A stretch of 36,880 nt of DNA from a candidate division WOR-3 bacterium (lineage in GTDB: Bacteria; Hydrothermota; Hydrothermia; B15-G9; WFZT01), in contig JALUEE010000073.1 in the NCBI GenBank assembly GCA_027053075.1, positions 1-36,880 on the forward strand, read 5' to 3'. The position numbers were made by a program, and so were the translations under genes. This document shows positions 18,490 through 27,688 of the stretch, in pieces (the first letter of the stretch is position 1; the number at the start of each line of letters is the position of its first letter). Below the pieces are notes generated by a model. That model was given only the letters and a program-made list of their open reading frames with translations, ran no database searches and was not told where the DNA came from.

Positions 18490-19058
18490 GCGACGAAGAG
18501 AAACTTTCAAGACGAGAATTTTTCCTCAAAGGAATTTTTTCTCTAATTAAAGAGGGGAGCAAGCTGGTTCAGGGCTCTCTTGAGAGTTTTAACCTGGAGA
18601 TAGGGGAGAGTGGCAGGTATCTGAGACCACCGGGTGCCATTGAGGAAAGTATGTTCCTCAAACTGTGCACCAAATGCGGGGATTGTAAAGACGCATGTCC
18701 GTATGATGCTATCGTGATGCTTGGTGAAGGGAAAGGGATCAGGTCGGGAACACCTGTTATTATTCCAACAGTTACTCCCTGTTATTACTGCGACGACTTT
18801 CCGTGCATAAAGGCGTGCAAAGAGGGCGCTCTCACGGAGAAGCACCTCATAATGGGGAAGGCAGTGATTTCTGAGTCAAGATGCTATGCATACAAAGATG
18901 TCTTTTGCATCGATTGCTTCAACGAGTGTCCAAAGTCAGCTATAAAATTGGATGTCGAGGGACGGCCTGTTGTGATTGAGGAAAACTGTGTTGGATGCGG
19001 CATGTGCGTAAAGGTTTGCCCCACATCTCCCAAGGCCATTAGAGTTGTGCCGCTTTGA
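18486..19058 (+). CDS. NapF/NapG/MauM-type multi-[4Fe-4S] ferredoxin
   Basis: SRREFF, LRPPGA, and four Cys clusters (CTKCGDCKDACP ... CVGCGMCVKVCP). Confidence 0.88.
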   Translation: MSDEEKLSRREFFLKGIFSLIKEGSKLVQGSLESFNLEIGESGRYLRPPGAIEESMFLKLCTKCGDCKDACPYDAIVMLGEGKGIRSGTPVIIPTVTPCYYCDDFPCIKACKEGALTEKHLIMGKAVISESRCYAYKDVFCIDCFNECPKSAIKLDVEGRPVVIEENCVGCGMCVKVCPTSPKAIRVVPL

Positions 19059-19074
19059 TCTGTCTACTGGTCTT

Positions 19075-20637
19075 CTAAGCTAATTCGGAGCTTTTCGGTT
19101 TACAGACCCCACAGAGGGTGCAGGTATCAGTTTTGCACGGCCCAAGGATTTTCCCTTTCAATGCTCGCTCATGTTCAAAATTTAAAAACCAGTCCGTTAC
19201 CCCTGTCTGGATTTTGTGATAGGGGGCATTTTCGAGATAACTCTTATCGAATAAGTATTTTGCAGGGGCGAGACCCAATTTTTTCATGGCAGAGAGAAGG
19301 CCTATCCCATTTTTAAAGGAATAATACATAGCTTTCCCAATATCTTCGTCTCCTCTCGATAAAATTGCCTGTACAGTTGCAAGTCTCGCGCTCCCGATAC
19401 TGACTTTAACCCTCGGGTCAATTTTTAGCTTTCTGAGTCTCCTTTTTAAAACGTTTTCCTGCCACATAGGCTCTTTTTCGAAAGGAGTGTGAGGCTTGGG
19501 AACATAAGGTGAGACTGTAACAGAGACCGGACCTTTGAAGTTGTCTCTTATCAATTTTACCGTTTCTCCTATTCCCATGATATCCTCTTCGGTTTCAGTG
19601 GGGAGTCCAGCCATAAAATAGGCCTTTATCTTCATAATTCCAACTTCTCTTGCAAGAGCGCTCATCCTCTCAATGTGGAAATCCCTGATGGGTTTGTTTA
19701 TTACCCATCTTAACCTCTCGGTTCCAGCTTCAGGAGCCACTGTTAGGGTTTTCATTCCGTTTGCCTTGAGGAGCTCAAGCACTTCACTGGAGATTGTTTC
19801 AATTCTCAGGGACGACACAGAAACACTGGATGCTTTGTTCTGTAGAAATTTGAGGATTTCGGGAAATTCGGGGTGGTCCCCGAGTGCCGAGCCCACGAGT
19901 CCCACCGGCATACCGTCTTTCAGATATTTTGAAAATACCTCAAAAATCCTGTCAATTGGTACAGAGCGCGGTGGCAAAGTTATATAGGATAGTAGGCAAA
20001 ATCTACATTTCCAGGGACAGCCTCTAACGATCTCCGCAAGAAATGTTTCTCCAAATATACTGCTTTTGTCAATAAATGCAGAATAGCTCAAAAATTCATC
20101 AAGTTTCATCTGGAATGCACGTTTGCCAGTGCTCTTTAGTTCTGGTATCACCGCAAAATCAAATGTATTGGCCCTTGCCAGAATTTCTTTTTTGTCACCT
20201 TTAAGTTCGCTCAGGAATTTTTCTAAAATTGCCTCGGATTCACCGAGCAAAAAGATGTCTATGAATGGAAAAAGAGGAAACGGATTTGATGTAACGGTTA
20301 CACCTCCAGCCACTACAAGCGGATGTATTCCATTTCGTTTCTCGCGTAGCGCGGGTATGTTGTATTTCTCGAGGATTTTGATCACATTGATGAAATCTAT
20401 TTCGTAGGGAAGTGTAAAAAGTATGATATCAAAATCGTTTAATGGCAATCCAGTTCGGATTCCTCCCTCACTGTCGAGGAAGAAGAGATCAGCGAGTCCG
20501 TGCTCGTTTAATTGTCTAAAAAGGATGTGAGGGGCGAGATTGGCCGAGCCAAGCTCAAAATTGTTTGGGAAGACGATGGCAAATTTCTTTTCACCAAAGT
20601 ATAGTTTCTCGAGGAAATTGACTCTCAGGGTTTCCAT
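19075..20637 (-). CDS. Radical SAM protein (COG1032-like, B12-binding-like N-terminal domain)
   Basis: EIVRGCPWKCRFC, APEAGTERLR, YFMAGLPTET, PKPHTPF, and C-terminal CKTDTCTLCGVC; ATG 20637 preferred over GTG 20688. Confidence 0.9.
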   Translation of the reverse strand: METLRVNFLEKLYFGEKKFAIVFPNNFELGSANLAPHILFRQLNEHGLADLFFLDSEGGIRTGLPLNDFDIILFTLPYEIDFINVIKILEKYNIPALREKRNGIHPLVVAGGVTVTSNPFPLFPFIDIFLLGESEAILEKFLSELKGDKKEILARANTFDFAVIPELKSTGKRAFQMKLDEFLSYSAFIDKSSIFGETFLAEIVRGCPWKCRFCLLSYITLPPRSVPIDRIFEVFSKYLKDGMPVGLVGSALGDHPEFPEILKFLQNKASSVSVSSLRIETISSEVLELLKANGMKTLTVAPEAGTERLRWVINKPIRDFHIERMSALAREVGIMKIKAYFMAGLPTETEEDIMGIGETVKLIRDNFKGPVSVTVSPYVPKPHTPFEKEPMWQENVLKRRLRKLKIDPRVKVSIGSARLATVQAILSRGDEDIGKAMYYSFKNGIGLLSAMKKLGLAPAKYLFDKSYLENAPYHKIQTGVTDWFLNFEHERALKGKILGPCKTDTCTLCGVCKPKSSELA

Positions 20638-21275
20638 ATAAGAAAGAGAAGGGCTACAAAGGTGAGGCTTTTCAGGGTTTCTGTCCACCCCGCAGTATAG
20701 AGCTTAACCCGGTAGGGTTTGAAATAAAAGTAAATATTGTCAATTAGTGGCAATAATGGTAAAGGCGAGAGTCCGAGGGTGAGCACGATAAGGAGGCCGA
20801 ATCCAAAAAATGCAAGTCCCATTTTTCTCAAATATTCCTCACCGGTGACCATGTACCGTATTTTGAAAACCGCGTTGAGAAAGTAAAACAGGATAATGAG
20901 GTAGTAGAGAAATGAGCCGCTTATGATATAGACAGGCAGAACGAGGAAGGCAAATCCTGTAATCACGCTGTAGATGAAACGGTCTCCCCAGATAAGGAAA
21001 TAAAGGACATAGGGGATGGCGATTGCCATGGTTACGAGGAGCACTTCTGAACTTTTAAGCGAAAAGACAAGAAGTCCCCATCCCACAACAGACTGAACTG
21101 CAAAGGGAACATACTTTTTAATGAAAAGTGACTGTTTGGAATTAAGGATAATCATAAAACCAACCCACGTAAGGAGATCAGTCCAGTGGAGTGTTCTGGA
21201 GTAAAGAAACCCCAGTAGAAACGAGACGTTCGAGATTACCCAGACTCCGTGATGTTTAAGAAAGTACCTTTTCAT
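20625..21275 (-). CDS. YwiC-like multi-pass membrane protein
   Basis: N-terminal KHHGVW (compare YwiC xHGxW), multiple TM helices, C-terminal K...AGWTE. Confidence 0.65.
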   Translation of the reverse strand: MKRYFLKHHGVWVISNVSFLLGFLYSRTLHWTDLLTWVGFMIILNSKQSLFIKKYVPFAVQSVVGWGLLVFSLKSSEVLLVTMAIAIPYVLYFLIWGDRFIYSVITGFAFLVLPVYIISGSFLYYLIILFYFLNAVFKIRYMVTGEEYLRKMGLAFFGFGLLIVLTLGLSPLPLLPLIDNIYFYFKPYRVKLYTAGWTETLKSLTFVALLFLIWKP

Positions 21276-21347
21276 AAGCGGAATAATATAACATCAACTG
21301 TGATAAAATTCCACCGCAAGGAATTTTCAAGCGAGATACCACGACTC

Positions 21348-21598
21348 TGTCCCTTCCCCCACAGGCAAAGCCTGTGGGGGAGGGGACATTTCCTATCGAC
21401 CAGCAAAGCCTGTAGAGGAAAGAGATTTTCAGTTTTTGTCACTATGTTTATGATTCTAAGCAAGGTTTTTGGATGACAAAAGATTCGTTTTTTTATTTTC
21501 TCACCAGCCCCAAGAGTGGTAATAGCTTAAGCAACCAAAAACTTCCTCTCCCCGCATAAATTTCTTGTGGGGAGAGGAAAGGAAAGGGGGCTACATCT
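21348..21598. repeat. L-like...R BoxC-like repeat pair
   Basis: Stem TGTCCCTTCCCCCACAGGC-AAA-GCCTGTGGGGGAGGGGACA (21348-21388); R unit 21545-21598 ending GGGGCTACATCT. Confidence 0.85.
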
Positions 21599-21675
21599 AA
21601 TCACCTTATGAAACATGTAGAAGTGCAGGCAACATCTTAAATTTTTCTAATCTTCAAGCACATCACAGCCCGAGG

Positions 21676-21704
21676 TTGTAATCCTATTCGTGCAAGGGTA
21701 TAAT
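21676..21704 (+). promoter_or_regulatory. Sigma70 promoter of the PAP2-PMM-GNAT operon (near-leaderless)
   Basis: TTGTAA(21676-21681)-17 nt-TATAAT(21699-21704), 9 nt to ATG 21714, no SD. Confidence 0.65.
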
Positions 21705-21713
21705 CTAATCAGT

Positions 21714-22382
21714 ATGAAAATCATACTGATACTTTCCTTTCTGATTTCTCACCCATCACTTAAAACAGACTTTAAAAATATCTACGACACCGAGCTCTCA
21801 AAAAAGGTTGTTCTTACAGGAACTCTCCCCTTTGTCCTTTCATTTTCATTTGACCGGCAGATTTCCACCTCTATTCAATCTTTAGAGGGCAGATTCTATA
21901 AGGATTATTTCTCTGTGACCAACGAATTTGGTGGAAAATTTGCCATTGCTGGAATCATTTCTACCTATGCAGTTGCGAGCTTAACCGACAACGATAAACT
22001 TCAGGATTTCAGTGCCACTGCCTTCGAGAGCATGTTCTTTGCTGGAACCACCACCATGGTTTTGAAAATTTTGATAGGCAGGGCAAGACCAAATTTCACA
22101 GACGATCCGTACTCATTTTCTCCATTAAATCTCCATGACCACTATCAGTCCCTGCCTTCGGGTCACACTACCATTGCCTTTGCATGGCTCACGGTCCTTT
22201 CAAACTATTATGGTGAGAACAAAATCGTGAGATACGGAAGTTACACTCTTGCGGCTTCCACGGCACTTGCAAGGGTTTATAAAAACAGGCACTGGCTCTC
22301 AGACACTGTTCTGGGAGCCATGATTGGGTATTACTTTGGTAAAAAACTCTCAGAACTACACCTGAAAGGAGGAAAAGAATGA
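21714..22382 (+). CDS. PAP2-family membrane phosphatase
   Basis: KILIGRARP, PSGH and ARVYKNRHWLSD catalytic motifs; start moved to ATG 21714 because GTG 21690 lies inside the promoter. Confidence 0.92.
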   Translation: MKIILILSFLISHPSLKTDFKNIYDTELSKKVVLTGTLPFVLSFSFDRQISTSIQSLEGRFYKDYFSVTNEFGGKFAIAGIISTYAVASLTDNDKLQDFSATAFESMFFAGTTTMVLKILIGRARPNFTDDPYSFSPLNLHDHYQSLPSGHTTIAFAWLTVLSNYYGENKIVRYGSYTLAASTALARVYKNRHWLSDTVLGAMIGYYFGKKLSELHLKGGKE

Positions 22383-23755
22383 AGGTCAATCGTGAAATTT
22401 TCAGAATGTACGACATAAGAGGCATTGTCGGAACAGACATCACACCCGATTTTGCATACCATCTTGGGAAGGGTTATGGTACAATTATCCGCAACGCAGG
22501 AGGAAAAAGACTTTCGGTGGGAAATGATGTTAGAAAATCCTCTCCTGAGCTTAAAGATGCCCTGATTGATGGGCTAACATCGGTGGGGATCGAGGTTCTG
22601 GACCTTGGCATTGTTCCCACACCGGTTATGTACTTCTCCACCTTTACCCTGCCTGTGGATGGAGGTATAGAGGTCACCGCTTCTCACAATCCGAAGGAGT
22701 ACAACGGATTCAAGATAAATTTTGGCAAGGAGAGCTTCTTTGGCGACGACATTCAGAAGCTCCGCGAGATAATTGAGAAGGAAGCCTACTACAAAACTGC
22801 TGAAAAGGGGAAAAGGATCAGCCAGCCCATCATGTCCAATTACATGGAAACCCTGCTGAAAGACATAAAAATTGAACGCGAAGTTCGTATTGGCCTCGAT
22901 ACAGGCAATGGAATTGCAGGCCCTGTTTTTAAGGAACTATTTGGCGAACTTCCGGTCAAATATCATGGCCTTTATCTTGAGCCTGATGGAGATTTTCCAA
23001 ATCATATCCCTGACCCGACTGTGGTTAAATACATGCAGAATCTGATGAAACTTGTGGTGGATGAAAAACTTGAGCTGGGCATTGGAATTGACGGAGATGC
23101 CGACAGAATTGGAGCAATTGATGAGAAAGGAAATATTATCTTTGGTGATAGGCTACTGGGCCTCTTTGCAAAATATGTACTAAAAGAACATCCGGGGGCC
23201 CCCATTGTGTTTGATGTAAAATGCACCGAGGGACTTGTTGAATTTATAAAAATGCATGGTGGAAAGCCAATCATGTGGAAAACTGGCCATTCCCTTTTGA
23301 AGGCTAAATTAAGGGAGGTAAATGCACCTCTTGCCGGTGAAATGTCGGGGCACATTTTCTTCAACGATCGTTACTTTGGGTATGACGATGCAATTTACGG
23401 CACTCTAAGGCTTCTCGAGATCGTCTCAAAAGAGACGAAAACACTTTCTGAGCTCATTGCTGAGATTCCATTTTACTATGGGACACCTGAGATAAGGGTT
23501 GGATGCCCTGATGATAGAAAATTTGAGATAGTGAAAGAGTTGGTGGAATACTTCAAAAAACATTACCACGTGATCGATATTGATGGCGCGAGAATTCAGT
23601 TTGATGATGGTTTTGCACTGGTGCGGGCATCAAACACCCAGCCCGTATTGGTTTTGAGATTTGAAGCAAAAACACCTGAGAAACTTGAGGAATATAAAAA
23701 GATAGTTTTCGAAAAACTAAAGGAGTACAAAGAAGTTGATCTCTCAAACATTTGA
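22379..23755 (+). CDS. Phosphomannomutase/phosphoglucomutase (AlgC type)
   Basis: IFRMYDIRG, TASHNP, DGDADR, GEMSGH and VRASNT motifs. Confidence 0.96.
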   Translation: MKVNREIFRMYDIRGIVGTDITPDFAYHLGKGYGTIIRNAGGKRLSVGNDVRKSSPELKDALIDGLTSVGIEVLDLGIVPTPVMYFSTFTLPVDGGIEVTASHNPKEYNGFKINFGKESFFGDDIQKLREIIEKEAYYKTAEKGKRISQPIMSNYMETLLKDIKIEREVRIGLDTGNGIAGPVFKELFGELPVKYHGLYLEPDGDFPNHIPDPTVVKYMQNLMKLVVDEKLELGIGIDGDADRIGAIDEKGNIIFGDRLLGLFAKYVLKEHPGAPIVFDVKCTEGLVEFIKMHGGKPIMWKTGHSLLKAKLREVNAPLAGEMSGHIFFNDRYFGYDDAIYGTLRLLEIVSKETKTLSELIAEIPFYYGTPEIRVGCPDDRKFEIVKELVEYFKKHYHVIDIDGARIQFDDGFALVRASNTQPVLVLRFEAKTPEKLEEYKKIVFEKLKEYKEVDLSNI

Positions 23756-23767
23756 AAGGGGGAAACT

Positions 23768-24793
23768 ATGAGAGTAGAGCTTATCCATGACCCTGGAATG
23801 ATCTGGGGACTAAAAGATGAATGGATGAAAATTCTTGATGAAATACCTGATAGACATCCATTCCTAACTCCTCACTGGATGGGGATGTCATTCGAGTACT
23901 TTGTAACGGACGAGAAGCTTACGGTAGCACTTGTCAAGGACGACTTTGGAAATGTGGTTGGAATATTTCCATTTATTTTGAGAAACACGGACGAAGGAAA
24001 ATCACTTGGATTTACCCCACACGCATCTCTTACCCCTTATGTTGACCTGATTGTGTCGCAGAAAATCAGGAAGCAGGCTTTAATTTCGGCGCTAAGGCTC
24101 ATTAAAGCCGAAGAGCAGAACTTTTACATAAGTCTGAAAGGTCTCAAGGAATCTTCCCCATCGATCTGGACGCTTGAACAGGTTGTGGATAGTTTCAACA
24201 TGGAACCTCAGAAATCTCTGAGGAGTGAAACGCTTTATCTTGATCTGCCAGAAACCGTGGAAGAGGTTCTCTACAGGGGAAGAGGAAAGAGCTGGAAGAA
24301 GCTTCAGTCGGTTTACAAAAAGATGGAGCGTGGCGACTTCAACATTGAAATTTTTGATAGCATAGGTGATGTGGATGAGCATTTTGGTAGCCTGTGGAGA
24401 CTTATCAGAATGGTGCACGATAAAAGGCTGGTTACACCCGGGAAAGAGGCTTTTCTTAGAGAAGTATTTATGCTCTTTGCTCGTGAAGGATGGATTAAAT
24501 TATTCATCGTAAGGGCAGATGGGTGGAGAATAGCAGCAGGCGCTGTTTTTGATTACGATGACACGTATTACCTCTATCTTTCAGGATACGATCCGGAAGC
24601 GGAAGAAGCGAAGCCTTTAAATGCCCTTTTCCTTTCAATCCTATCGGATGCTATAAGTCACCAAAAGAAGAGGTTTGAGATTGTTGAGCATGAGGATATG
24701 TTCAATGAAATCTCTGGTATGAAGAAACTCAAAGTCTATAACTTCCGTGCGTATTCCAAGGAACTTGTGGATAGTGGAGTAGAGGCAGGGTAG
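23768..24793 (+). CDS. GNAT N-acetyltransferase, CelD/BcsL family
   Basis: W..HPFLTPHW, VGIFPF, YLDLP and YYLYLSGYDP pattern. Confidence 0.8.
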   Translation: MRVELIHDPGMIWGLKDEWMKILDEIPDRHPFLTPHWMGMSFEYFVTDEKLTVALVKDDFGNVVGIFPFILRNTDEGKSLGFTPHASLTPYVDLIVSQKIRKQALISALRLIKAEEQNFYISLKGLKESSPSIWTLEQVVDSFNMEPQKSLRSETLYLDLPETVEEVLYRGRGKSWKKLQSVYKKMERGDFNIEIFDSIGDVDEHFGSLWRLIRMVHDKRLVTPGKEAFLREVFMLFAREGWIKLFIVRADGWRIAAGAVFDYDDTYYLYLSGYDPEAEEAKPLNALFLSILSDAISHQKKRFEIVEHEDMFNEISGMKKLKVYNFRAYSKELVDSGVEAG

Positions 24794-24805
24794 TTTTTGT
24801 GGTGA

Positions 24806-24841
24806 GGGGCGGTGCAAGCTTCGCTTGCGCCGCCCCGTTTT
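24806..24841 (+). terminator. Probable intrinsic terminator (repeat-like hairpin) after the GNAT gene
   Basis: 14-bp stem GGGGCGGTGCAAGC-TTC-GCTTGCGCCGCCCC (one T-G) followed by GTTTT. Confidence 0.65.
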
Positions 24842-24938
24842 AACAATCAACGTCAATTTTTATTGAGTGGATTCCCAACGATAACCTTTCCTATTCCAGA
24901 TTAGGAAGTACAATCAAAATTGTTCAATTGGGATATTG

Positions 24939-25272
24939 TGCTTGTTCGAAAATGTAGCCCTGGTAATTTTGTAGCTGTGAATAGATTGACCGGAAAAGTA
25001 AGGTTAAACAAGTTTCTCCAGGCATGATAAGTAGCGAACTCCCTCCCTTCCTCTGGAAGGGAGGGTTGGGGTGGAATGGAAAAAATTAGTGATATCAATG
25101 TTGGAATATCGCTCCATTGGACATTCTAAAGATTGTAAATCTTACCCCATTCTCCCCTGACCCCTCCTTCCCCGTGGAAGGAGGGGAAATTTACCGACTG
25201 GTTTGCGATAATTAATGGAATTATGAGAATCTTAAAAAGTACAACTTAAATTGAGGATTTTCCGAACACGCT
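24939..25272. mobile_element. Putative MITE (334 bp) carrying two type B hairpins
   Basis: Ends TGCTTGTTCGAAAAT and (reverse complement) AGCGTGTTCGGAAAAT; flanks TTGGGATATTG and TTGGAATATTT (9/11 identical). Confidence 0.5.
25041..25186. repeat. Inverted pair of type B BoxC-like repeats
   Basis: Perfect 11-bp stems at 25041-25065 and 25161-25186, with tails ...GGAATGG and CCATTCTCCCC... facing each other. Confidence 0.85.
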
Positions 25273-25569
25273 TTGGAATATTTGAAATTTGGGGGCAAAC
25301 GTATTATTATTTGATTTAGCTACCTCTCGGAGGTAAGGGGACAAATCCCCAGGGCAATCCAAATAGAAGTCGGGAGGGGGTGGTCCTCGGATGCGGGATT
25401 TTTAATGGGGATTTAGATTCACGGGCAATTCGAGGAAAAATCTAACTCCAATAGCCTGAAAAATTAGAGAATTGATCAGGCTGCGTAGTGCGTGACTTAT
25501 CGGGAACTTCAAGATTATTTGATTTTTGAAGGAAATAGATCTGGCATTGAGGCGCGCTCAAACTTGTGG

Positions 25570-26721
25570 TTAATCCAATTCTATTTCGTCAACAAGAGGT
25601 TCGATGGCTTCGTAAATCTGTAACGCAAGGGTATCTGCAATCAGCATTCCCTCAAAATTTAGTTTTCCTGAAGAATCCTCGAAAAAACGTGAGAGCTCCG
25701 GGGTACGCTCAATCACGATTTTCTTAAATTCACCTGGAAGTCCCCTGTCCGTTCGGATATAGAGAAAAATCCTTTCAAGTAAAAGCTTGTCACGGGAAAC
25801 AACATCCTTCTCGAGAGGAGGAAACTTACCTGCATGGAGATTCTTTATATAGGCCCGTAAATTACTCCTATTCTGCCATCTGATAGACTGTGGTTTGTAT
25901 AGAAACGAAGCGGCAGATGGGCCAAGCCCCAGATATTCACCGTGAAACCAGTAAATCCTGTTGTGAGAAGATTCAAAACCCGGTCGGGCAAAGTTTGATA
26001 TCTCATACCTTCTAAATCCCAGCCTTTTAAGGGTTTCATCCCGGATTCTATAAAATTTCACTATCGTTTCCTCATCGGGCATGCGAATCCTTTTTGAAAG
26101 CTCAAAAAGTTTCGTGCCCCTTTCCACTGTCAATGAATATGTAGAGATGTGATTAACCCCTCGTTCTGCAACCCATTCAATGGATTTTTTAAAGCTTTCA
26201 ACTGACTGCCCCGGCATTCCGAAAATCAGGTCCACATTGATATTGGAAAATCCTGCCTTTTTGAGGATTTCGATTGCACGTGACGCTGTTTTGATATCGT
26301 GAATCCTGCCGAGGAATTTGAGCTCTTCATCATTTGCAGACTGAACACCGAGACTCACCCTATTGATTCCAAGTTTCCTCCACACAACTGCCTTTTCTAA
26401 GTCCACGGACTCAGGGTTTGCCTCTATTGTGATCTCAGGTGAATCCTCAAATTCGAAGCTTTCAAAGATTTTCTCCATAATTTCCGAAATCTGGTCAGGC
26501 TCAAGAATAGAAGGTGTTCCACCACCAATATAAATGGTGCTGAATTTTCTACCCTGAAATTGCTCCCGGTATAAGTCGGCTTCCCTTTTTAAAGCCTTGA
26601 TGAAATCTTCTGTAGGGTTCGTGTCTGTGATTGAATAAAAGGCGCAGTAAATGCATTTTGAGCGGCAGAAGGGGATGTGGATGTAAAGACCTATGGATTT
26701 AGAGTATGCCGGTAATTTCAT
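25570..26721 (-). CDS. hemW: Radical SAM heme chaperone HemW
   Basis: LYIHIPFCRSKCIYC, GGGTPS, EANP, YEISNF and HNRIYW; start reassigned to ATG 26721. Confidence 0.9.
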   Translation of the reverse strand: MKLPAYSKSIGLYIHIPFCRSKCIYCAFYSITDTNPTEDFIKALKREADLYREQFQGRKFSTIYIGGGTPSILEPDQISEIMEKIFESFEFEDSPEITIEANPESVDLEKAVVWRKLGINRVSLGVQSANDEELKFLGRIHDIKTASRAIEILKKAGFSNINVDLIFGMPGQSVESFKKSIEWVAERGVNHISTYSLTVERGTKLFELSKRIRMPDEETIVKFYRIRDETLKRLGFRRYEISNFARPGFESSHNRIYWFHGEYLGLGPSAASFLYKPQSIRWQNRSNLRAYIKNLHAGKFPPLEKDVVSRDKLLLERIFLYIRTDRGLPGEFKKIVIERTPELSRFFEDSSGKLNFEGMLIADTLALQIYEAIEPLVDEIELD

Positions 26722-27688
26722 CCTGAGGAAATTCTGGAAGGTCTTGAAGTTCTTTACCGTACCTGATTTTGACCCCAAATTCCCGCGGCTTAACTTCCCC
26801 AATAATTCGGGGCTGAAATTTTTTACAGTGATTTAAAACTTTTTCTGTATCCTCGGGCTTCAACGTGACAAGCAGTGCACCGGATGAGATTAAACCCAGA
26901 GGATTGAAATTAAGAATCTGTGAGAGCTTTAATGTGTGAGGGTGAAACTGGATTTCATCACCGTAGATTTCCATTCCCACCCTGGATGCCTGCGCAAGTT
27001 CATGAATTGCCTGTGCTATGCCCCCTTCTGTCGGGTCATGCATGGCAGTGGGCTTTGAGACTTCCATGATGCATTTTACATCGTCTAAAACAACAATGCC
27101 CGGGTTCCTGTAAAAAATCTTCATCTCTTCAATCTCGTGGGGCTCGAAATATTGGGAGAGCTCTATCTCTCTTGCGATTATCGATGTGCCCTCGATGCCG
27201 GCAAGCTTCGTCATAATGAGAATGTCACCGGGCTCTGCACCATCCTGACGGACAAGCCTGTCTTTTTCAACAAATCCGAAAATGGCGGATGATGTAATCA
27301 CATGGTCAACTCCAGATGTGACCTCTGTGTGGCCACCGACGATTGATATTTTGAATTCCTCTGCATTCCTTGCAATGTCATCATAGATTTTCTCAACTAA
27401 ATCATCATCAGTTTTGCCTTCAGGTAAGAGAATTGTAACGGTCATAAACTCAGGGATGGCGCCGGTAACGGCGACATCGTTTATATTCACGGCAATTGTG
27501 TAGAAACCAACGTCAGATGTGACAAAGGTTATAGGGTCGCTCGAAACAACAAGGTATCTTTCACCTAAATCAATTACAGCACTATCAATCCCCACTCCCG
27601 GGCCTAAAACAACCGAATCGCTTAGGTAAAATTTTTTGAGCAGTTTTCCCAGTAAATCCTGCGGGAGTTTCCCCGGCTTTAGATTCAT
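26699..27688 (-). CDS. AIR synthase-related (PurM/HypE-fold) protein of unknown function
   Basis: GKLP, GPGVGID, SSDPIT, NINDVA, IVGGHTE, MHDPTEGG and LISSG motifs; no HypE C-terminal PRIC. Confidence 0.88.
   Translation of the reverse strand: MNLKPGKLPQDLLGKLLKKFYLSDSVVLGPGVGIDSAVIDLGERYLVVSSDPITFVTSDVGFYTIAVNINDVAVTGAIPEFMTVTILLPEGKTDDDLVEKIYDDIARNAEEFKISIVGGHTEVTSGVDHVITSSAIFGFVEKDRLVRQDGAEPGDILIMTKLAGIEGTSIIAREIELSQYFEPHEIEEMKIFYRNPGIVVLDDVKCIMEVSKPTAMHDPTEGGIAQAIHELAQASRVGMEIYGDEIQFHPHTLKLSQILNFNPLGLISSGALLVTLKPEDTEKVLNHCKKFQPRIIGEVKPREFGVKIRYGKELQDLPEFPQDEITGIL

Noticed and set aside
26699..27688. HypE, ThiL or SelD assignment
   Set aside because: No C-terminal PR(I/V)C of HypE, no N-terminal Cys/Sec motif of SelD, and no hyp or thi context; kept as a generic AIR-synthase-like protein.
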